Part shown: piece by piece, positions 14,426 to 28,077 of the stretch
Layout: every line of letters begins with the position of its first letter
How positions within the stretch are numbered: the first letter of the stretch is position 1
Position numbers and translations under genes: made by a program
Notes under the pieces: generated by a model
Databases searched by the model: none
The model's input: only the letters and a program-made list of their open reading frames with translations
What the model was told of the DNA's origin: nothing
Source of the DNA: Auanema rhodensis
Taxonomy: Eukaryota > Animalia > Nematoda
Direction of reading: 5' to 3'
Length of the DNA stretch: 64,000 bases
NCBI GenBank assembly: GCA_964057225.1
Contig: OZ059894.1
Span: forward strand, 13,578,001 to 13,642,000

Positions 14426-15031
14426 AAAAAATAAAACAATATAATTAATATAATAATTATAATTAAAAATAATATTATCTTAAGATATCCTTGAAGTAAT
14501 TAAGTATTCATCTTCATATCGATATCACCGTACCTGATCATTCTAATCAAGTGATTGGCTGAACAATTTTTAACTTCAGCTGAAATTAAAATAGAAAAGT
14601 CTTCAACTTTGTGTTATATTCGCATCCTGCCGTAAGGTTAGCACAGTTTTTTTCAAATACAATTTCTTTCTCTTTAATTGTAACCTGTGGATTGGATTGT
14701 TAAATAAATAAATAAATATCTATTGTCATAATTATTTTAAATTACTCATATCTTAGGTTGCAATACGTTGTAATACATACCGATACAAAGCATATAATTC
14801 TAAATATTTCAATATTTCATCGTTTTGAAATAAATCTTTTTTTCTTTTAATTGAATTCCTTTTTTTTTTTTAAAAAAAGTTATGTTCGTGAAAAGTTTCA
14901 AAGACGTTCCACTTCCTCTTTTGTCTTTCACGTAATATTTAATGCGTGGAACAAATTTTAAATTTAAGATTTAGACAAGCAAACTTGTTTTAATCACAAT
15001 AAACGTTTTTATGATTAGTTTCCAAGGTACA

Positions 15032-15038
15032 TATAAAC
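15032..15038 (+). promoter_or_regulatory. Probable TATA box of the Gly-rich secreted protein gene
   Basis: TATAAAC about 45 nt upstream of ATG 15081. Confidence 0.45.
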
Positions 15039-15080
15039 GGAGCGATCATGATGTTTAATTGAATTCCAATAAAGAAGACC

Positions 15081-16115
15081 ATGATTGCTTTACTTATCGC
15101 CTATTGTATATTATTTGTTTCGGCACAAAGGTTTGAATGCACATTGAAGATGTGTTAGTTGATTTGCTCTTTTAGAAGTGGCCCACCTGGAACTGATATG
15201 TCAGGCGTATGTAAGACAATCTAATCTAATTATCATATTGTACAGTCTTTGATTTTAGGGGGATCCGGTCATAATCAGCCTAGTACCGGGTTTAACACTG
15301 GAACGGTAAATTTGATTTCATATTAATTATATTGATATAATATGCTAGAACTGGAACAGCGGAGCTGATTTCTCAGGAGATCCTAGAGCTACTGGTGGAT
15401 TTGACAACAATCGTAGAAATTTTGGTTCTAATAACTTTGGAGGAAATGCAGGAGGACAAGGTGGCTTTGGGGGAAATGCCGGAGGACAAGGTGGCTTCGG
15501 GGGAAATGCCGGAGGACAAGGTGGCTTTGGAGGCTCTAGCGATTTTGGAGGTCGTGGAGGATTTGGTGGAAACAACGGAGGTTTTCAAACTGGAGTAGGA
15601 GGAGGCCGCGATGGTTTTAACGGAAACTTCGGTGGACGCAACGGTAACGGCAACTTCAATGGAAACGGAGGATTTGGAGGAAGAAACAACGGAGGTTTTC
15701 AAAGTGGAGTAGGAGGAGGTCGCGATGATTTTAACGGAAACTTCGGTGGACGTAACAACGGCAACTTCAATGGAAACGGAGGATTTGGTGGAAGCAACGG
15801 AGGTTTTCAAAGTGGAGTAGGAGGAGGCCGCGATGGTTTTAACGGAAACTTCGGTGGACGTAACGGTAACGGCAACTTCAATGGAAACGGAGGATTTGGA
15901 GGAAGAAACAATGGAGGATTTGGAGGGAGAGGCAATGGAGAATTCGGAGGAAACTTTGGCGGCCGTGGTAATAGTGGTTTTAGAGGAAGCGTCGGAGGAA
16001 ACGTTGACGGGAGATCAAGTAAGTTTACATAAATCTAAAACCGAATCGAATTATTAATTTAGATGGTGAAGGAATGGAACTGGCTGGTCACATAGTAGAT
16101 TCTGTATTTGGATAA
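15081..16115 (+). CDS. Secreted Gly/Asn/Phe-rich repetitive protein
   Basis: Signal peptide MIALLIAYCILFVSAQ, two micro-exons (~15176-15207, ~15259-15305), main exon 15349-16018 (NWNSGADFSG...GGNAGGQGGF x3...GGFQSGVGGGRDGFNGNFGGRNGNGNFNGN x3) and last exon ending ...ELAGHIVDSVFG* (TAA 16113-16115). Confidence 0.85.
15439..15925 (+). repeat. Coding tandem repeats: 30-bp unit x3 (15439-15528), then 111-bp unit x3 plus partial (starts 15556, 15667, 15778, 15889)
   Basis: Repeated blocks visible directly; unit lengths are multiples of 3. Confidence 0.9.
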
Positions 16116-16228
16116 AATAATTTATTCTTAATATAATATAATATATTATAAATAATTAGTATTTGAGAAATTTTGAAATGAACCAGTACATAAAGTATTT
16201 CATCATGCTACATCGAACCCGTTATTGA

Positions 16229-17915
16229 TTAAGCTTTTTTTTGAAAACGTGAAGATAAGGCACTTGGATTATTCAAGCCATAACGCGAGAATCGAATCTG
16301 AAAAGAGAAAACATCAATTTGGAATAAAGCGAAACTTAAGTTTGTAAACAAATGAAAAAAATGTTATTATATGAATTCTGAATACTTACGGAATCATCAT
16401 TCAATCCATATTTGGATGTATCAATGCCTTCTTGGATCTGTCCCTCATTTCCTTGTAAAGGTTCATATGGCAATTGACGGTATCTGTACGAACGAGGTTG
16501 ACGGAAAAGAAATTGGCGTTGTCTTTGAAGACGTAATCGAGCTTGTTGGTTTCGACGTTGTGCTCCACGTCGATTTTGATTTCTACTGGAAAATAAAATT
16601 TTAAATAAAGTTTTTATATTTTAAAATATAAACCTTAAACGATCTACTCCAAATGCATGAACAGCAGCAACGTTTTGCTCTTGAATTGGGATAAACTGAG
16701 TACGCACTGGACTGACAAGAGCACGAACAGAAAACTCTTCTGTTTTTAAGATAAAACTCGTAATGTTCAATTCACGGAAAATATTAAAAATTCTATTATT
16801 CAATACTTCCTCTTTCTCAAGTAGAGAAAGTGGGGCTTCTGCACGATATTGACTATTAGAAGGAAGCTGTACATTAGTTGCTTGACGTAATTCGACTGGT
16901 GGAACAGCTGCGGGAGCGCCATGTTCAGTATGAACTGCTGCAGGTGGAGCAACTGCGGGGGCCACGGGTTCGGGAACTGTAGTTGTGGAAGATAGTGATG
17001 AATGTGATTTTGGAGCTTCTTCTGCGATCAATTTTGTGAGTTTTTCATGGAGGGAAGATGGTGCTTGTGGTCCAGCTTCATCGACGAGAGTAACAACACC
17101 ATGAACGACTCTTCTCTTAAACGAAGAAGGTTTTTTAAAGTTTAAAAGCATTTCTTTCAACAGCGTATCAGGCATCTTAGTGGTAGTAGTAGGTCTACTA
17201 GACCCGTGAAAGGGCGACCTAGTGGTCTGATGATGAGGTCTACGATATGGTGTTCTAGCAGTATGAGCAGCGGCGTTGCCCCTACGGTAAGGCCCATGAT
17301 TGGCGGCTGGATATGGTCTGTGATAAGGTTGGTTTCGGTTCACATGAGGATTCTGTCTATGGTACCGAGCTGCTTCACGATTTGGTAAAACCTTCAAAAG
17401 AAAGAAAATCCAAATGAAGTAATCATGTAACCAAAAAGAGCCACCTCCTTAGTCTTTAATTATAAAATATGATAAAGGATGCAAGTTAATGTGAAATAAG
17501 ATTTTTATTTTATCACCGTAACCAAATACCAAAAAATACCAAAAAACAAAAAATATGCGAGCATAATTTAAGAGAATACCCACTGGTTTGCGCTGCGCTA
17601 CCCAACCAGGACGAGCCGCATTCGGTCGTCGTGCTGGTGGATGAGACTGATGGGGAGAACGATATCGTGGTGCCTGATAATGCTGTCGTTGCTGGGGGTG
17701 TGGATGATATTGCACAAGCCCATTCTTAGTTCGGGCTGCGTACGCTTTTTTGGATATCTATGAGAAGTTGACTATGAAGTATAGTTTAAGTATGTTAGAT
17801 ATTATAATATTAAATAAAAATTAAAAATATAAACCTCTGACGATTCATCTGTTGGAGTTTTGGCTAGAGTAATTCCAATAATCAGAAGAATTTGTAGAAG
17901 TAGCAGACTAGTCAT
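16229..17915 (-). CDS. Secreted Arg/His/Pro/Gln-rich, probably disordered protein of unknown function
   Basis: Signal peptide MTSLLLLQILLIIGITLA (ATG 17915). Exons include ORFs 17449-17715 and 16621-17397, spliced in frame to SRNQNRRGAQRRNQQARLRLQRQRQF...GLNDDS-IRFSRYGLNNPSALSSRFQKKA* (stop 16231-16229). Confidence 0.75.
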
Positions 17916-18852
17916 GGCGCTGGGAGTAGAATTGAAGGAGCGTATGCCTTCAAAAGCTGTGCAAGCGAAAGTAGAACAATGAATATGAGAAGATGAAGAA
18001 GCTAGAAGAAGGAGAAGGCTGGACTAACGGCGGAAGGATGAAGTTGTAGAAATAGGCTACAAGTTTCTTGTCGACATATTAAGCCTTTCATTTAGATACA
18101 TATGTTATCGTGGGATGCGGATCTTATACACAACAAAATAAGAGATAACGTTTAAATAAGTATGGAAAGTATTTTGCAAGAGGAAGGAAATGTAATAGAA
18201 ATCTATCCAAAAAAAACTTGTCGTATTACATTCATTTGAACTACCTGGATGCATACATATGTCAACTAGAACTCTCGATTTCAGTTTTTTCTTGTCAAGA
18301 TGTAAAAAACCCAAATTGAGGTGTTTATCTAATGTTATTATCGTTTTCACTATATACAGCATTATATACGAATGATTTTTGACTTTATATGGAATTCTTT
18401 GATTCATGTACAAGTTCACATAGATTGAAATAGATGTTTGAAAAAAAAAGTTTATTTTAAATATTTTATTCCTTAATATGATTGTTTTTATTTTGGAATT
18501 TGACACATTTGAATTCATTATAATAAGTACAATTGAGTTCTAAAAACAATAAAGTTCAATAATAAAGTATACATTGTATACATTATTCAATAACTTTAAG
18601 ATCAGAATAAGCAACGAATAAATGTATAATTGAAAATGTTTGTAACCGTATTTTCAAAAAAGAAAATTACAAGCATCTAACAGTAGTATCTAAAATATGA
18701 AGTAATAATATGTAATAATGACTGATTGAATTAATCATCAACAAAAAATATTTTGTTTATAAACAATTCAATGAAATGAAGTCAGCACCATAACTAAATA
18801 TAGTTAAATATTTCCTCATATTTAATCAAAAAATATTTATTCCCATATGGAA

Positions 18853-19964
18853 TTATTGACCTAAGCGACGGAATCGGCTGAAGCTCCTTCGTTTAACTAC
18901 TGTTGGCACGGATTGAGTGAATCGTCTGTAACAGTTAAACTTTAGTATTGTATGAAATATTAAAAAAGACAACCAGTTGCATCTTTTATAGTTGAAATTA
19001 TGATTTTTATCATTTTACGTGAAAAGTTTACGTGAAACGTTTGTAACGTGAGTAGCGTATACATCTTTAGTTTATGCTAATCATATATTCTATCAATAAT
19101 GATAAAATATATTTAATAATATTAATTAAATATCTTATTTTTACTCATTATAAACTATATTTGATACGATTAATTATACTATAATACTTGAATCTAAACA
19201 AGATATATTTTAAGATTTCTACCATAAGTTGCCGGTTCAGTAAACATATAGCTAATCATTCCCGAACTAGCATTCTCGTAGAATTGGACAAACTTGTTGG
19301 TTTAACTATAAGGAACTAATGCCCCCCTTTAACATCTTGCTACTCCGTTATAATCAAATCATGCATCAAAATTAGAATATCTTTTCACATCAGTTCCTAT
19401 TAACATTTGTTTGAAAAGATGGAACTGACTTTATTTATCTTGATCATTTCATTAATTTGTGAAGATATTTCATGTTTCGATGATTAGGCCAGTTGTGCTT
19501 TTCGTTCATTTTCATTCATCTGTTCCTTTTTAAAGATATGTTCATTATGTATATATGTACATATGCTTGTATATGCTTTAAATTAAAAAAACATATTTTA
19601 ACTAACTTGCTCACTCCAGTCCTATACCGACTTTTCGTCGTTTGAGTGCGACTTTGGCTTCTGTACTGCTTCACAAAAGCTACTGGCTTTACAAGACCAT
19701 ATGAACGATCATTCTTTTTCGGAACTCTAAATAACTTTCAATAAGTTTTTTCTATTCATATAATAATAACAAATATATATTTAAACTTATTACAAACCTG
19801 TCATCCATTATATCTACATAATCCTTATAATCTACACTGTTATCCTTCGTTGACTTTTGTTTGAAATATTGTGAATGTGAGCCGATATCATCAGAAATTT
19901 CCTGTTTTCCTCTCAATAGGTTATACACGTATTCAGATATTTCCTTAACTAATTCAGAGGACAT
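18853..19964 (-). pseudogene. Orphan minus-strand locus, short gene or decaying pseudogene
   Basis: TTTCAG acceptor upstream of MSSELVKEISEY...; further exon-like segments at ~19727-19607, ~19525-19485 and ~18925-18853 (RFTQSVPTVVKRRSFSRFRRLGQ*). The middle segments contain stops in all frames I tried. Confidence 0.3.
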
Positions 19965-21924
19965 TCTACCACTGAGAATAGACCGTTGGTTCTCGAAATG
20001 AACCTTCTGAAATAAGTTTGTTTTACTTCAGATTTGATGGCAGAAAATACTTTTTATATATTTTATTTCCGAATATTTTGAATCAATCAAGACTAGAAGT
20101 CGTATAAAAGCAAAATAAGGAAATCGTTATGAATTAATCGGATTTTCAAATACAGTTAGAGACACATGTTCATCGTTTTTTTCTTCGAACACTTCCTCTT
20201 TTAATTTCTTTTTTGATTTAAAATAGTTTAGTTGTTTAGACTAATGTGTTGTTTTTCAAGATTCTTTTTAAAAATGATTCATTTCAAACATGTACAAATG
20301 ATTTTATAATCAAAACGGTTTCATGTCATCGTCGACAATTTGAATAGGTTAAAGTAAGACATTCAATTAATGTCCAAAGGCGAGAAATGGTAAACGTCAA
20401 GGACATGCATCTCTCTCTCTCACTAGCCTTTTCACTCTTTAAGTTTTCTCTCAATTACGCTTATTTTGTATGTCTGGCTTGAAGAAACCTCAAAATATCT
20501 TATAAATCGAATTTATATTTCTGTTCTGTTTTCACATAAGTTTCAAGAAATATTTACATAATAGCTGAAGTTATTATAACAAAAAGTTAATTCACCTCTT
20601 GAGTTACAGGACTTAATATAGCTCTTTTATAGCTATATCTCTGAGGAATTCTTAGTGGTAATTGTGAATTAAGAGTAATTCCAAGAATAGATTGTATGGC
20701 ACATAGTAATAATATTGAAATTATCTAAAATTATAATATATAATAGTATAGTTAATGATAAAATATTTGAAATCTTACTGTTTCTCTGGAAATCATTTAC
20801 ACAGGAAATAATAGAAAATCTCTGATTAAACAACAAAATGAAAATCTATAATGATTTGGTCAGAAAATGGAAAGATGTTTAAAGTAAAATCGGAAAAAAG
20901 GTGTTTTGAAACGAAAAAAATAAAGAAATAAGAAGAAGATGGTATCTAACTAAGGCCAAAAGGACAACGATACTTTAAGGAACTGAATGAAACAGTCTGC
21001 CCCAACCAACAAGGAAGATTTTCTTTTCATGATCTCGTATTCGATTAGGTTTTCTGAGGGACATAATAGTTAAAAAGAGTATCTATGCGGTTAGGAAAAA
21101 CATAAAATTCTCTTGTTATATGATAAATGTAGAAAACTATTCAATGAGTTGTATACATTATACTTCAAAAAACCTGGAAACTTGTTAGAATTCAAAATTT
21201 CAAAAGAAAAAAGTTGAAGAAAGATAGAAGGAGAGACCTGAAAATCAATGTTTAGTAGTATAGAAAAAAGAAAGAATGGGATAAGGAAATAAATAAAGAG
21301 GAATTCTGAAAGACTTTAACATTTTGAAAACAAGAGAAAAAACATGAAGTAAATGCTGTATTGAAGTTAAGGTCAGAAAAAGAGAACAATTTCTTTTCTG
21401 ATGCTTCTTCTGGCACCAAAGTCACATAAATAAGAAGCCACAACGGCTGTGGGTTTGCGACATGAATGTCTGAATGAGAAGTATTAGATAAAAAATTCAA
21501 GACATAAATTATTTGAATCATAATAAGTTGAAATCGAAAATCAATGTGTTCTTGAATCAAAGAATTTGCAACACAACAGGATCATGAGGGAAACACTTTT
21601 GCCTTAAGTATAATTGAAAATTATTCCTTTCTTACTTGTCATAGTTTGTCTGAAATTTTTTTGTATTCGGATGATGTTCTTTGATTGTTTTCTTCAGTAG
21701 AAATCATAGATCAGAACATTTATACAGAGACAATCCTTCATTCAGATCTTGTCAATGAACAGAGAAAGCTCATCAAAGGTTGATGTGGTCATAAGGGAGA
21801 TGAAATAGCAGAGTCTCAATAGCAATACTGATAAGAAGAAGAACAAAGCGAAAGCCTTGAGACGTTGGAAGAGAAAGATATTGCATGTTGATTGAAATTA
21901 GATGCAGTGAAAAGAAGAAAAGAA

Positions 21925-21925
21925 C

Positions 21926-21973
<48 letters not shown>

Positions 21974-21995
21974 AGAAAGAGAGAGAGATGAAGAG
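21925..21995. repeat. (AG)n microsatellite
   Basis: Directly visible. Confidence 0.95.
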
Positions 21996-24286
21996 AAAAA
22001 CAAAATTTTTTATGATATCACAGAGATATACAAATATATTTAAGAAAATAGACATAAAGAGTTTTGATATTTTGTTCTCTGATGATCTCGCATGCTTTAC
22101 TTTAGTTTTGTTCAAACTACAGTATATCCTAGAAATTAGTTTTTATTTTCCATCATATGATAGTAATTGAAGTACATGGAATAAATATAGAAAAATCGAG
22201 CTTTATGATGACAGATATAGGTTGATGGAGATGCATATCACATCAAATAGACGAGAATCATCATGTGATATGATATGATAAATGTTTTTTCAAGGAAGAC
22301 TGCTGTAGATCACATTGAGACATTCATGAAACTAGGTGTTAACTTCGAAACCGAAGTTGAAGGATGCTATCAAAGTTGAAGAATAGATTCATTAAATGGC
22401 AAACATGTAATTATGAATATTGAAAATAAGAATTAAACTTTTTTTTAAAGATTGTTATCGCATCATGTCAGTTTGAAGAATTTTGACTAAACTTCATACA
22501 TTTTGCAATCAAGGCAAAATGTATGAAATTGCCGTTGAAAGCCATAAACATTCTTTTGTGTGAATAAGAGTAGCAGAAGTTCAAATTTGCAACAATATAC
22601 AATAAAATTGGCGAAAATCACAAAAAAAAAGATAGAAGCTTTGAAGGAGGACAAGAATAAAAAAAAGTGAAAGTGTTATTATGTGAGAGCTAAGCTTTAC
22701 ATATAGTATGTATGTATGAAGACTGTGTAAGTATTGCTTTGATGAAATCTTTTTACCTCATTTCTAGGAAAAAAAATATTCACTTTTCAAATATTTTTAG
22801 CTAAAATTTTACTTTCGGCTCGTACTACAAGATGTTCAATTATTCAAAAAAAAATTCAAAAATGTTAAAGAAGAAAGTGGCTTGTTCTTTTGTTCTTATC
22901 CAAGAAGAGGGTTTGTTCTTGACCTCGACACACTAGAGACAGAAGAATTCTGATGTACCGGTTCATGTAAAAGGAAAATGAGATGATAATGATGGGAGTT
23001 TACTTGGTACATCACGAACTAAGTATCTATCAGCATTCGCTTTCAGCCAGATGAAGAATATGTGGCTACCTACGATGATGACAATAGCACATGAACATGA
23101 CATACAGAAGTTCGAAAGTATGAATAAGAGATAATCCAGATTCATTTTCTATCTGCTTGTATGTTCAGGATAAGCTTAAAGGTAAAATGTTCGAAACGCT
23201 TGAAACTTGTTCTAGATATTAGCTCACGAATGTAGAATACAGAGGCAATTATGTTCTTCCCTTGAAAAAAGTTTTTCATTATATCTCCAAAAAAATTATT
23301 GAACAGATACTACTATATGAAAATAATTTGGTTTAGAGAAAAATTGGTTATATGAATCTATGAATCTTACATTTTATTAAATCAAAATTAATTTTTAAAT
23401 TGTATCTATATGATATAATTAGGAGCTATAGATATATAAAATAGTGTTAAGAAGTAAAGATGATTGGAAAATTATTATCGATGTCCACAGTTATCCATTA
23501 ATAAGCTTCCAAAAATTGATCAAGAAAACAAGATTTATCTCTCGTAACCACGTGCATGATTACTTACATTTGCACAAAACTGGAACTACTGATTCCAAGC
23601 TATGATTCAGCTTTTTTCTTCAATTTTCTATAAAGTTAATGATTATTATAAATACATCTTCATTTTATCTTTTGTATATTTGTCTGTTTGATTTTATTTA
23701 TATCATTATATCATATCCATCAGCGACTTTCTGCTAGTTTTGCAGATATATTATTATACTTCCGCTAAAGAATGAGCAGAACATCTCCAACATATTTCTT
23801 TATTTGCAGATTATTACTAGTTATGACTTTTGAATGATTTTTTCATGATTTGCACGTGAAACACGTGGATTTGTTAGACTTCCATTGATCATTTATTCGA
23901 TCAGAGAACGTCGAACGGTTGTGCTTCAAGTAGACTTTTTAACTTCCTGATTACTTGATATCTTGAAGTCTAGTCCAAAAAGAAAACAATATACACATAC
24001 GTGTTGAATAAAAAATTTAATTTTCAATATTGAGCTATTTGAATTTTACCAATGAACATTTCTGAATGTGACATTTTCGTAATTATCAAGATGTTATCAG
24101 GAATGTGTCACAAATTTTTATCAATGAATACTTGAAAAAATATATAATTTTTTATAAAAATTAATATATTCGATAAATTTTTAATTTTTTTAAGAAAAAA
24201 CTAAACAAAAAACCCGCAAAAATACACAAAAATATAAAAACTCTTACGAAGATTACCCGATGATGTTACAACTGATGATTATTCAT

Positions 24287-25832
24287 TTAAGGTTGTTCTC
24301 GATTGCTTGAGTTCAGAAAAATATCCATATTCGGGAGAGAATTCATAGGCTGCACTGAAAATATATATTTAGTTTACTCTCGATGAATATTAAATATTAA
24401 TAAAATATTTTAATACATATTAATACCATCCGAAATATAATACGAGGAAGGTTTTTGACAGACTTTTATAATTTTTTGAACTGTCGTCTCACACATGACA
24501 GACTTCATCGTTTGAACCACAAAAAAAACGTAAAAACTGTCTATATATTTGACAAAAAAATGTTTTTCTTCAATAGATCATGTTAAAGTTTTCAAATATT
24601 ACATTGAAAATGTTTAACAAGTAGAGAAATATTAAACATTACTATCATATATGTTGAATCTGAACTCACATGATGTGTTTGAGTCTATGTATACAGAATT
24701 AGAAAACTGTGCTTCATTGTATGATGTATCAATATCCTGGTACTGTAATTCAGCTTCTTGATTAATTGAAATATTAGGTTGAAGAAGAATGTTATCTACT
24801 ATGCACATCTGTGGATCAGGATAAAAATTTGGGCAGAATTGAAAAGAATTTGAAGGTGGTTGATGAGATGGTGGCAATGGAGCACGGAAGCTGGAAGTTT
24901 CATAACTTTGATCTATATTTATATAATCATATATATGAGAATTCTTCTTAGAATCCGTTGTGAATCCATGAATTAATGAAAATTTGCGTCGTTGGTTTCG
25001 TTTTGCCTTCGTCTTCTTCAGTTGGTCCTAGGATAATTAAAATAATTTATGATAAGAAGAATATGTTTTATTGAACTGAAAAACTGTCAAAAGATATATG
25101 TATATATCTTTGTAAAAAAAAGTTTGAAAGAAGGAAAAATGATTAGCTCCGACGAATAAAATAGGAAAGATGAAACTAACATGACATTGCTAGGAAAAAT
25201 GAAGAAAAAAAGAATGAAATACGAAAAAGCGATAGAGAGAACAATGAAAATTCTGAAATCTTGCAGATGTCTCAGAAATATCTTCATGAATTCTAGCAGC
25301 AATATTAGACGCAAATTGATAAAAGTAAAAGTAAGTTACCTTATACTTAGATATTGGAGATAATTTCTTGGCCAATTCAAAATTTATTTTCTTTTGCTCT
25401 TCCATTACTTCAACAGGACTACTTTGCCGTTTAGAATTTCCCTAAATTCATTGTATTGATATTCAAGGTATTGGCAAATTAGAGCACACACCTGACGACC
25501 TTTTCGAGAAGAATGAGTTGAAGATGATTTTGAGCTTTTTAATGGCTGTCTTCTTCCTCTTGATTGCATCGGTGAATCTATGAAGGGCGAAGTTGATCTT
25601 AGTCGATTCAATGGCTCGAAGTAAGCGTAATTCTTATGTCGATGATAATCTACATGAATCATCTGTTGGAGGGAAGAAAATGTTTTCGGTTCTCATAAGA
25701 TATACCTCCTATTACAGATTTTTCGACGTCAACCTCTTCATCGCAGTTTAGTTGAATCGTTGAGCAAGATGATGGAGATGGAGAAGAAGTGTCAGGAGAC
25801 GACAAATCAACCACATTAGTATTTGAATCCAT
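24287..25832 (-). CDS. Uncharacterised Ser-rich protein with a basic (possible NLS) segment
   Basis: Spliced model MDSNTNVVDLSSPD...EKS-MIHVDYHR...RKGRQ-GNSKRQSSPVEVMEEQKKINFELAKKLSPISKYK-DQLKKTKAKRNQRRKFS...PPSHQPP...NTS-LQPMNS...REQP*. It links four ORF-track fragments through ~50-nt GT-AG introns. The 3' end is uncertain. Confidence 0.6.
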
Positions 25833-27003
25833 AATATAAGAATAAACTACACCGTCTGTATTAACGAGATGAGACTTGATAAAATCTAAAAAACCTGAAA
25901 ATGACCACGGCACTTCATCTTATCAGTGTTTCAGCTTTGAGCGACAGCTCCGACAATTGTAGATTTCAATGAAGCATCGCTGGAGCCAAAAAAGCGTTTT
26001 TACCTCCCTTTTTTTGCTAGTTTTTTCTTTCTTCACAGACACATCTATTTCTTATCATATGAATAAGGTTCTATTTTCTCATAAAAATATCTTTAAATAC
26101 ATTGTATTAACAAATAGGACGAGATCAGATTATTGCTCAACTTCAACAAAAAAAGGTTTTTATTGAAACATTAGTTTGTTATTACTTTAATTAACTAAAA
26201 CTATTACAACTTTATAAACATGATAAGGTATACAATATCCAATTTAAGAGCAAAAACAAGCATAATTTTAAAAAGTTCAAGTTTGCAATTTTCCAGTTTA
26301 CACTACTACAAATTAGATCTGCAAAATCGTGACTCAGCCGTTTAAGAAATGATAGAGGGATGGAAGTGATGGAGGGAAGTACTTCTAGCAGTTTATTCCA
26401 AAAACTTTCTTGACAACTTTCTTCTCTTTCACATTAACTAGTGTAACAAATTTTATTTATTTTGGGTCGTATCATTGAACGATTATAACTATTGCATTAA
26501 TTTAAGTGCAATAATTTTTATTTTAATTTGCTTCATTTCAATTTGATCATTTTTATAATTCTTCTTCATTTATTTATCAATGCGTGTTATTCACATTGCA
26601 ATTGAATTTTAATATATTATAATATTATCCTTTATCTTATCTTATAACTACTTCTATTGTTTGCATACGCCTATCAATGTTCTGGATTTACACGTTTATT
26701 TCCTTCCAAAATAGCCATTATTCTTTCACCTTATGAAAGGTTTTGATATCGTTATTTAAATTTCATATTAATATAATGTAACCGAAAAAATAGGACAAAT
26801 TTTCAAATAATCTATTAATATTTTATCTTTTACATTGCTCAATTACAAAAAATATATCATTTCATTAATATTTCCTTATTCTAGTGTATTTTCTCTCTTA
26901 ATAGCTATATAAATAGCTTTCTCTATCAAACTTCACGTAACTCTCACGTAAGGTTCACGTGAGAGATGTATACATATAACCCACTCCGCCTACATTATGT
27001 ATT

Positions 27004-27012
27004 ATTGCATCA
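27004..27012. promoter_or_regulatory. C/EBP-ATF composite (AARE/CARE-type) element upstream of the bZIP gene
   Basis: ATTGCATCA (= TGATGCAAT), an exact match to the ATF4-C/EBP consensus, ~200 nt upstream of the non-coding first exon at 27210-27282. Confidence 0.45.
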
Positions 27013-27521
27013 CACGCCCTGTCGCTTACACGATGGACGACAAACGCACCAGCGTCGCGTCGCCATTTCGGCTCGGTCAAATCGATTGATTTCTTATTAA
27101 GATTCTTTTGATATGACATAATCAGATGATTTTAAACTTATGTAGTGAAATGGCTTATCGTGTTTATCATTTTCTCTGTATTTTGTCGTCACTTAATTCG
27201 TCATTTCAGTTTCAAACTTTTGTGATCCTTTGGATTTCCTTAGCAACTTGCTTTTACAACTTCTTACTGTTCCAATAAACGAAGTAAGTTTTTTTTTATA
27301 ACTTTATCCTATTATATTCATATTTCATTTTACTAGTTTGTGTATTCAATTTTTAAAATCGTTTTCCCACATTTTATTAAAAATGACGTGCATTAAGTAC
27401 AATGATGATAAGCTTAGAGCCTGCTTATTTTCTTTATTCTGATTTCAACCGGTTCCTCATCATATTTATGTTATATCAAATTTGCGTTTCACAGATATTT
27501 TATGATATTACAATTTACAGA

Positions 27522-28077
27522 ATGTCTTCGCTTGAATGCACTGCACCATTTGAAGAATTGCTTAGTAGCAACAACTGTTTGAGCTTGGCTCAAGAAAGCG
27601 AGTGGGGTGTTTGGAGTGACTCGGAAAACTGCAGCATCTCCCTTGCCGTAAGTGTTTAATGTTGGATATTATTTTATAATAAATTTTTTTCAGGCCAACG
27701 CACAGAGAGTTCGTTGTACTCAACCAAACCCGTCAACTACCCCTCCACCCGAAAGCAAGTGTGTTTTTAAGTGGGCCTACGCCACCACCTCCGCCGCTAA
27801 TACCTGCTCTTCAACCAATACTTCCACTATGCCAAGCTCCTGTTCCGTAAGTTTTTAATTATTAAACTGATATTATCTTTATTAATTGCACGGAATCAAG
27901 TCAATTATTTCAGGGAAGCATGTATATCGGTTCCCACATTATCGGAGATTCCGGGTTACATCATCAAGGGCTCAACATGCATGTCGTACCCAAACAGGTA
28001 TGCAAAACTACTTTTATTTATTTTTTAAATTTCGGTGATCTCTAATTATTTCTTTGTTTAAGTGTTTTGTCTACTGA
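27522..28077 (+). CDS. Spliced 125-codon upstream/overlapping ORF of the bZIP gene, or the N-terminus of a long isoform
   Basis: Exons 27522-27647, 27694-27846 and 27914-27997 are all phase 0. Joined to 28063 they read ...VVPKQ-CFVY* with TGA at 28075-28077. Confidence 0.55.

Noticed and set aside
15345-16057. Antisense and alternative-frame ORFs over the Gly-rich gene
   Set aside because: Shadow frames of the tandem repeat; only the Gly frame has a signal peptide and consistent splicing.
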